A model generated the notes under the pieces. It was not told where the DNA came from and did no database searches. It saw only the letters and a list, made by a program, of their open reading frames with translations. The translations under genes were made by a program, and so were the position numbers. This document shows positions 16,799 through 21,986 of a stretch of DNA of 21,986 nucleotides, in pieces; within the stretch, counting starts at the first letter, position 1, and the number at the start of each line of letters is the position of its first letter. This DNA comes from Dehalococcoidia bacterium (GTDB taxonomy: Bacteria > Chloroflexota > Dehalococcoidia > UBA2979): positions 1 to 21,986 of the forward strand of contig JAXLWY010000026.1 of assembly GCA_046328255.1 (NCBI GenBank), written 5' to 3'.

Positions 16799-18099
16799 CC
16801 GCCTGTCGCCGCGAGCACTGACTCGACCGCGCTCGCGACCGCGAGCAGCGCCTCGTCGGCGCCATGCCGCCCGGCGAGCTGCAGCCCGACGGGCAACCCC
16901 CCGATATCGCCGGCCGGCACGCTGACGACGGGCAACCCCGCGTGCGTCCACGGTGTGTTCATCACCGGGCTGCCGGTCGAGGCTTGCCCGAGCGGAGCGG
17001 CGCCCGGCGCCGACGGACTGGCCCAGGCGTCGAGCCGGTGGAGCTCCATGAGTCCCTCGAGCGCGTTGCGCAGGGCAAGCGTTCCGGCGACGCCCGCGGA
17101 GCGCTGCTCCGAGGTCACCGCGCTGCCTTCCTCGAAGAGCTGGGCTGAGCGAGGTCGGTAGAGCGGGCCGTACTCGGCGAACAGCGCGCGGTGCTGATCG
17201 GCGAACTCGGCGGCGGTCAGCCAGCCGTGGCGCGTGCTGATCGCCGCGATGTCCTCGAGGGCCGGCACGCGCCGCACCTCGATGCCCGCAGCCACCAGTG
17301 TGTCGAGAGTGCGCTCGAAGGCGCCCAACGCTGCCGACTCGGCGCGTGCGAGGTAGGGGCCTTCCGGTACGCCAAGCACGACACGGGGCGCCGACGAGGC
17401 TTCGCGCCAGTCCTCGATGAGCACGCGCGCGGCCTCGATCAGACCGGCGACATCGCGGGTGAACCAGCCTACGGTGTCGACGCTCGGCGAGTAGTACACG
17501 ACGCCGCTCGAGGGCACGCGTCCCAGCGACGGCTTCAGCGCGGCGACGCCGCAGTAGGCGGCGGGCCGGATCACGGAACCCACCGTCTGCGTGCCGAGGG
17601 CGAGCGGAGCCAGCCCCGCGGCAACCGCGGCCGCCGACCCGCTGCTCGACCCGCCCGGGGTATGGCCGGGTGCTCTCGGGTTCCGCGTCGCCGCGGGCTC
17701 GAAGTAGGCGAACTCGGTGGTGGCGGACTTGCCGAGGATGAGCGCGCCGGCCTCGCGGAGGCGCGTCACGACCCACGCCTCGGCGCCCGCGAAGACTTCG
17801 GTGGGCAACGCCGAGCCCGCGCGCGTCGGGAAGCCGTCGACGCGAATCACGTCCTTCACCGCGACGGGCACGCCGAACAGGGGCGGACGCACCGACGGAG
17901 TGAATCGAGCCTCGAGGGCGCGCGCCTCCGCGCGCAGACGCTCACGGCGGCCCAGCTCCGGGAGCACGGCGAGCACGTGTGGGTTGAGCTCCTCGAGACG
18001 GTCACGAAGGCAGCCTCGGTAAGTGCCGTTACGTCGAGTTCGCCGCCTCGAGCCGCTGCGAGGCCGCGAGTTCAAGCCCAGTGCCTCGAGTTGGCTCAT
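16795..18099 (-). CDS. Amidase-signature (AS) family amidase; N-terminus carries two compensating frameshifts (~18030-18075)
   Basis: GGSSSGSAAAVAAG signature, VAVKDVIRVDGFPTRAGS, ILGKSATTEFAYF. ATG at 18099 gives MSQLEALGL, but the expected consensus (…TELAAARGGELDVTALTEAA…) is only found in another frame before returning to LRDRLEELNPHV. Body of the gene is intact. Confidence 0.8.
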   Translation of the reverse strand: MSQLEALGLNSRPRSGSRRRTRRNGTYRGCLRDRLEELNPHVLAVLPELGRRERLRAEARALEARFTPSVRPPLFGVPVAVKDVIRVDGFPTRAGSALPTEVFAGAEAWVVTRLREAGALILGKSATTEFAYFEPAATRNPRAPGHTPGGSSSGSAAAVAAGLAPLALGTQTVGSVIRPAAYCGVAALKPSLGRVPSSGVVYYSPSVDTVGWFTRDVAGLIEAARVLIEDWREASSAPRVVLGVPEGPYLARAESAALGAFERTLDTLVAAGIEVRRVPALEDIAAISTRHGWLTAAEFADQHRALFAEYGPLYRPRSAQLFEEGSAVTSEQRSAGVAGTLALRNALEGLMELHRLDAWASPSAPGAAPLGQASTGSPVMNTPWTHAGLPVVSVPAGDIGGLPVGLQLAGRHGADEALLAVASAVESVLAATGG

Positions 18100-18169
18100 C
18101 GCCCTCCGACTTCGCCCCGTGAAGCTGCAGGAAATCCAGCCCGGCGCCCGACCATCGGAGTGTCTCTGG

Positions 18170-18448
18170 ATGGCGAAAGAGGCCCCGCGCATGTTCAGCA
18201 GTTGTGATGCGTGCAAGCGCCCAGATCCTTCCGACCTCACCCAGATGCAAGGTCGAGCGCGGCAACTGGTGGCCACCAAGCTCGGACTCTCGCTGCGGCC
18301 GCGTTCTCGAGACCTGTTCGTCCTCTGCCACGACTGTGGCGAGCTCGCGATTGCGCGCGTCCGCCCGGTCGTCGCCGAGGGTGAACGGCCAGCGCCGCGC
18401 GGGCTGATCGTCGACCACTTCGCCTCGATTTCCCGTCCGTGCGTGTGA
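18170..18448 (+). CDS. Small zinc-ribbon protein (CxxC...CxxC), hypothetical
   Basis: MAKEAPRMFSSCDACKRPD...(34 aa)...CHDCGELAIARVRPVV.... Divergent from the amidase with a ~70-bp intergenic spacer. GC3 is lower than in confident genes, and it lies in a frameshift-rich block, so its length and existence are uncertain. Confidence 0.3.
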   Translation: MAKEAPRMFSSCDACKRPDPSDLTQMQGRARQLVATKLGLSLRPRSRDLFVLCHDCGELAIARVRPVVAEGERPAPRGLIVDHFASISRPCV

Positions 18449-18478
18449 CACTGGCGAGGCGTCCCCTACGCTGGGATC

Positions 18479-19336
18479 GTGCGCTCGCTTCTTCGATCCG
18501 CTCCCCTCGCCGCTCGCAGCACCCTGCTTGCGGGCTGCGTCGTCCTTGCATGGATCGCGTCGGGCTGCAACGTCGCCGTCGGTGAAACCAGCCGCGGACC
18601 CGAGCCGCTGCGCTCAGTCGGCGACGCCCTCGACGCGGATACGAAGATCGACCGTGGACTGCGGCGGCGGGCACCAGCAGCAGCATTGGGGAGATCGTCC
18701 AGACCTCGGGTGACGCCGCGGCACCGGCCGTGAGCGTGACGATCTCGGCGGGCGGCACGGGAATCAGTCTGCCGAAACGACTGCCAGGTTGGCGTGCGCG
18801 CCGGCACGGACCGACGGCACCACCGTCGATGTGGTCGAGTACGGCGCCGGACGCTGTGCGAGCTGGTCGAGGCCTGCTGGAAGCGCCATCATGGGTGCGC
18901 GGCAAGTACCTCGAGCCCTGCCGCCGCCCGACAGGCGCACGACTCGGTGTCTCCTCGACCTCGCCGGGGGACCCAGCCGTCCGCGCAGCTCCGAAAGTGG
19001 AGCAGCGAGCTGCTCGATGGCACCGGCCGGATCGCTCCTGAAGGCCGGCACGCGCCGAGCTCTCCAGGAGCCGTGATTACCACCTCGGCGCTGGAACGCA
19101 TCGGAAGGCAATACGCCAGCTCGCCGCCGACATCACGGCCGCCGAGGCGGCGACCGCGCCCGCCTGCGCCATCCTCGGAAATACCATCGAGGCGGCAACC
19201 GCCGCGGCCGATCTCGCGAAGCAGGCCGCGACGGCGTTCTCGAGCGGCGCCAGTACTTCCGCGCTGGACCCGCTGGTGAGCAGGCCTGCAGCGCAGCAGG
19301 AATCAGCCCGGCTGATCACGCTCTGCGCGAAGCGCT
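18479..19336 (+). other. Fragmented coding region of unknown function (lipoprotein-like N-terminus; Ala-rich helical C-terminal piece), probably one or two frameshift-broken genes
   Basis: GTG-initiated VRSLLRSAPLAARSTLLAGCVVLAWIASGCNVAVGETS... (signal peptide plus lipobox) stops after 84 codons. Other frames continue with ...AVSVTISAGGTGISLPK..., ...GTTVDVVEYGAG... and, in frame 1 without its own start codon, IRQLAADITAAEAATAPACAILGNTIEAATAAADLAKQAATAFSSGASTSALDPLVSRPAAQQESARLITLCAKR* (ends ~19336). Confidence 0.25.
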
Positions 19337-19483
19337 GATCCCGGACAGGCTCGCACACCCCACAACGCCGCGGGGCGCGCTGGTACGCCTCGTAATGGCC
19401 GTCACCGTCGCGCGGCTGTAGCGAGGAGTGCAGCGTGCAGATCAGTCCCAGCGTCCGCGCGATCCGGGTTCCGACGACAAGCC

Positions 19484-20429
19484 GTGCACCCCGGCGGCAC
19501 CAACATCTACCTCGTCGGCAAGGGCCAGGCGCTCACCATCGACTCCGGCGAGGCGATGGATCACTACAAGTGGATGCTTCGCGGAGTACCTCGCGGCGGT
19601 GGGCGCTCCGGAGATCGCGCACTCGCGGCGATTACCCACCACCACGCCGATCACAGCGGCAATCTGCGCTGGGCGAACTGGCATCTTCCAAGGCCGAGGT
19701 GGTGGTCCACAGGCGCGCAGTGCCGCTGCTCAAGGGGAAGCTGCCGAAGAAAAGGCGGTTCGCTTCATCGGGCGGCGGTGCTCGACATGGGCAGCGGCGT
19801 GAAGCCCGCGCGTGATCTTCGCGCCCGGCCACAGCGGTCGACTCGATCAGCTACTACCTCGAAGACGAGGGCGTGCTCACCTTCACCGGCGACGCCTGCT
19901 CGGATCAAGCACCACCACCGTCAATGACCTCGGGAGCTACCGCGCCTCGCTCCAGCAGCTGGTGAAGCTGCCCAACCTCAAGGTGATCTGCCCCGGCCAC
20001 GGCGCGATCGTCAACGATCCGCGCGAACGACTGCAGGGGCTGATCGCGCACCGCGAGATGCGGGAGCGCCAGATCCTCGAGGTCCTCGACGACCGACGCC
20101 CTCGGACGTCGTGGGAGATCATGGAGGCCGTCTACCCCGGCCTCGACAAGCGCCTCAAGCGCGCGGCCACGGGGAACGTCGAGACCCACCTCCGCCAGCT
20201 CGAGCAGGAGAAGCGCCTGCTCCTCCATCCCGGCCGCGCGAAGAAGCCGAACGCGAACGTGGTGCAGCGCGAGGTGGAGCACGCCAAGTACGTCGACGGG
20301 GTGCTCAAGGAGGCGAAGAAGCTGGAGGAGCAGCGCCGACGCGCGGAACTGCGCATGCAGGAGAGCCCACCAGGCGCGGCATGGTCACGACAGCCGAAGT
20401 ACGAGCTCGTAGGGCGGGCGAAGGACTAG
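19484..20429 (+). pseudogene. MBL-fold metallo-hydrolase; N-terminal half broken by ~8 frameshifts, C-terminal 175 codons intact
   Basis: GGTNIYLVGKGQALTIDSGEAMDHYKWM | AEYLAAVGAPEIA | ALAAITHHHADHSGNL | KAEVVVHRRAVPLLKGK | AAVLDMGSGVKPAR | VIFAPGHSG | DSISYYLEDEGVLTFTGDA | then from ~19905 in one frame: GSYRASLQQLVKLPNLKVICPGHGAIVNDPRERLQGLIAHREMRERQILEVLDD...GRAKD*. Confidence 0.65.
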
Positions 20430-20556
20430 GTCTCCTGCCCGGACGGACGGGTCGGGATATCGCTGTCACGTTCACGACGCCCCGCCCGCGGAGTATTGTT
20501 GAAAGACGCGCTCCGACCGGTGAGCGCATGTGCGCCTGCGTGGTTCGGAGGGCGCG

Positions 20557-21471
20557 ATGCACGACTCTGTTCGGCTGTCCGTGCCGAGCCTCGAACGGCT
20601 CGATAACCCCCTCGTCATCGGCGCCTTCCGAGGCTGGCACGATGGGACCGGCTCGGCGGTGGCCGCGATTCGATACCTGCGCACGGACTGGGGCGCGACC
20701 GAGGTCGCGGACCTCGATCCCGACCGCTACTACGACCTGACCGTCGCCCGGCCACACGTCCAGTTGCAGGGCAACGAGCGGATCATCCGCTGGCCCGGCA
20801 CCCGGTTCTACGCCGCTCCCTCGGTGCCCGGCTCGCGCGACGTCGTGCTCCTCGCGGGACGCGAACCGAGTCTCGCGTGGCGAAGCTACTGCGAGGCGAT
20901 CGGTGACGTGATGCAGGAACTCGATGCGACCGAGTTCATCGCGCTCGGCTCACGACCCGCCCTTGTGCCGCACACGCGGCCCGCCTTCGTTGGTCTGGCC
21001 GATGCGGATCCCGAGTTCGAGTCGCTCTTCCAGATGGAGTCGACGCCGACCGGCTACCAGGGGCCGACCGGCATCCAGACCGTGCTGGCGCTGCACCTCC
21101 GTTCCCTCGGAATGCGGACGGCCCGCCTGACCGTGCGCATTCCGTCGTACGTGACGGCGGGGCCGAACCCGAAGGCCGCGCTTTCGCTCATCGAGCGCAT
21201 CGATGCCGTCACCGGCCGCCGCACTTCCCTTGGGGCGCTGCGAGGCAACGTGACGGCGTTCGAGCAGCAGACCGAGGCCGCCCTCGATCAGCTGGAGAAT
21301 GCCGGTCAGATGCGCGGGCAGATCAACGAGATGGAACGCGTGTACGACGAGAGTCAGCCCGCACCGAAGGTCGAGAGCGGCGCCGCCGAGCTGCCCAGCA
21401 CGGAGTCGCTCATCGGGGATATCGAGGCGCTCCTGCGTGAGCAGCGCCACGGACCCGAGCCCTCGGCCTAG
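20557..21471 (+). CDS. PAC2 (proteasome assembly chaperone 2-like) family protein
   Basis: MHDSVRLSVPSLERLDNPLVIGAFRGWHDGTGSAVAAIRYL...WPGTRFY...DVVLLAGREPSLAWRSYCEAIGDVMQELDATEFIALGSRPALVPHTRP...YQGPTGIQTVLAL; matches the actinobacterial PAC2-family pattern. The track start at 20530 is probably nine codons too far upstream. Intact. Confidence 0.75.
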   Translation: MHDSVRLSVPSLERLDNPLVIGAFRGWHDGTGSAVAAIRYLRTDWGATEVADLDPDRYYDLTVARPHVQLQGNERIIRWPGTRFYAAPSVPGSRDVVLLAGREPSLAWRSYCEAIGDVMQELDATEFIALGSRPALVPHTRPAFVGLADADPEFESLFQMESTPTGYQGPTGIQTVLALHLRSLGMRTARLTVRIPSYVTAGPNPKAALSLIERIDAVTGRRTSLGALRGNVTAFEQQTEAALDQLENAGQMRGQINEMERVYDESQPAPKVESGAAELPSTESLIGDIEALLREQRHGPEPSA

Positions 21472-21485
21472 CGAGGCTCCGAGAA

Positions 21486-21920
21486 CTAGCCCTCGCCCGG
21501 CCGCACCACGAGCACAGGGCAGGGCGCGTGCCGCACGACGGCTCCCGAGACCGACCCGAGGAGCGCTCCGGCGAGTCCGCTGCTGCGGCGGCTGCCGATC
21601 ACAACGATGTCGGCCTCGATGTCCTGGGCGACGTGCACCACGTGCTCCCAGTCGTCCTCCCCGTGGGTGAGCTGCTCGATGCGCACGTCGGCCACGAGGT
21701 CGAGTGCTTCCAGTCGGGCCGTGAGCGCGGTGCGTGAGGCATCCGCGACCTTCGCCAGCGCTTCGCGTGTCGTCGGCGCGACGATATCTGCCGCATCGAT
21801 GAGCGGGTTCAGGACGTGAAGCACCGTGACCTCGGCCGCTGATGCCCGCGCGAGCTTCGCAGCAGCCGCCAGGGCGGCGACAGCGCCGTCGGTGCCGTCA
21901 TACGCAACGAGGAATCGCAT
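21486..21920 (-). CDS. Universal stress protein (UspA family)
   Basis: MRFLVAYDGTDGAVAALAAAAKLARASAAEVTVLHVLNP...ADIVVIGSRRSSGLAGALLGSVSGAVVRHAPCPVLVVRP, the canonical USP ATP-binding/C-terminal motif. Intact. Confidence 0.85.
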   Translation of the reverse strand: MRFLVAYDGTDGAVAALAAAAKLARASAAEVTVLHVLNPLIDAADIVAPTTREALAKVADASRTALTARLEALDLVADVRIEQLTHGEDDWEHVVHVAQDIEADIVVIGSRRSSGLAGALLGSVSGAVVRHAPCPVLVVRPGEG

Positions 21921-21986
21921 CGAGCCTCCCGCGCCATCATAGGCGGCGTCCCGCGTGTGGTCCGGATGAGTTTCGAGGAGTGGCGA

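Noticed and set aside
16757-18207. 339-aa minus-strand and 338-aa plus-strand ORFs overlapping the amidase
   Set aside because: They are off-frame or antisense to the amidase, which carries the canonical GGSSSGS signature. Their composition is Arg/Gly/Ala junk.
1-21986. CRISPR arrays, tRNA/tmRNA genes, IS elements/transposases, integrases
   Set aside because: There are no regularly spaced direct repeats, no tRNA-like T-loop/acceptor features in any intergenic region ≥70 nt, and no transposase or recombinase-like ORFs in any frame.

Overview
This is a high-GC (~70%) window with an actinobacterial gene order. Most of the minus strand carries one long co-directional array. From high to low coordinates it reads: ECF sigma, anti-sigma factor, SIMPL lipoprotein, dcd, ribD, ribE, ribBA, ribH, a small membrane protein, a hexapeptide acetyltransferase, dinB and a MerR-family regulator that runs off the window start. 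The plus strand carries a class II aldolase, signal peptidase I, pyrE, a 693-aa flotillin/SPFH protein with N-terminal tandem repeats, a SET-domain protein paired with an HExxH-motif protein, a PLDc_N mini membrane protein, a zinc-ribbon ORF, an MBL-fold hydrolase and a PAC2-family protein. Convergent minus-strand genes are a CaCA antiporter and an amidase, and a USP sits on the minus strand at the window end. Two observations are most noteworthy. First, an actinobacterial-type LexA/SOS box (AGAAC-N4-GTTCT) sits 12 nt upstream of the dinB start. It is embedded in a TTGACG -35 / -10 promoter that overlaps the stop of the acetyltransferase gene. Second, there are three discrete blocks (~2950-6100, ~9390-10880, ~18030-19900) in which otherwise well-conserved genes (ribH, ribBA, ribE, ribD, fba, lepB, the amidase N-terminus and the MBL N-terminus) carry roughly one single-base frameshift per 50-100 nt, mostly at homopolymers. 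Flanking genes of 0.6-2.1 kb are perfectly intact. The amino-acid conservation within each frame piece is excellent and I saw no in-frame nonsense substitutions. This indel-only pattern therefore looks more like localized sequencing or assembly error (unpolished gap-fill) than ancient pseudogenization, although real gene decay cannot be excluded from sequence alone. Candidate unusual modules are the SET-domain/HExxH/PLDc_N trio, the repeat-expanded flotillin and the sigma/anti-sigma/SIMPL envelope cassette. I found no CRISPR array, tRNA, transposase or FMN riboswitch.
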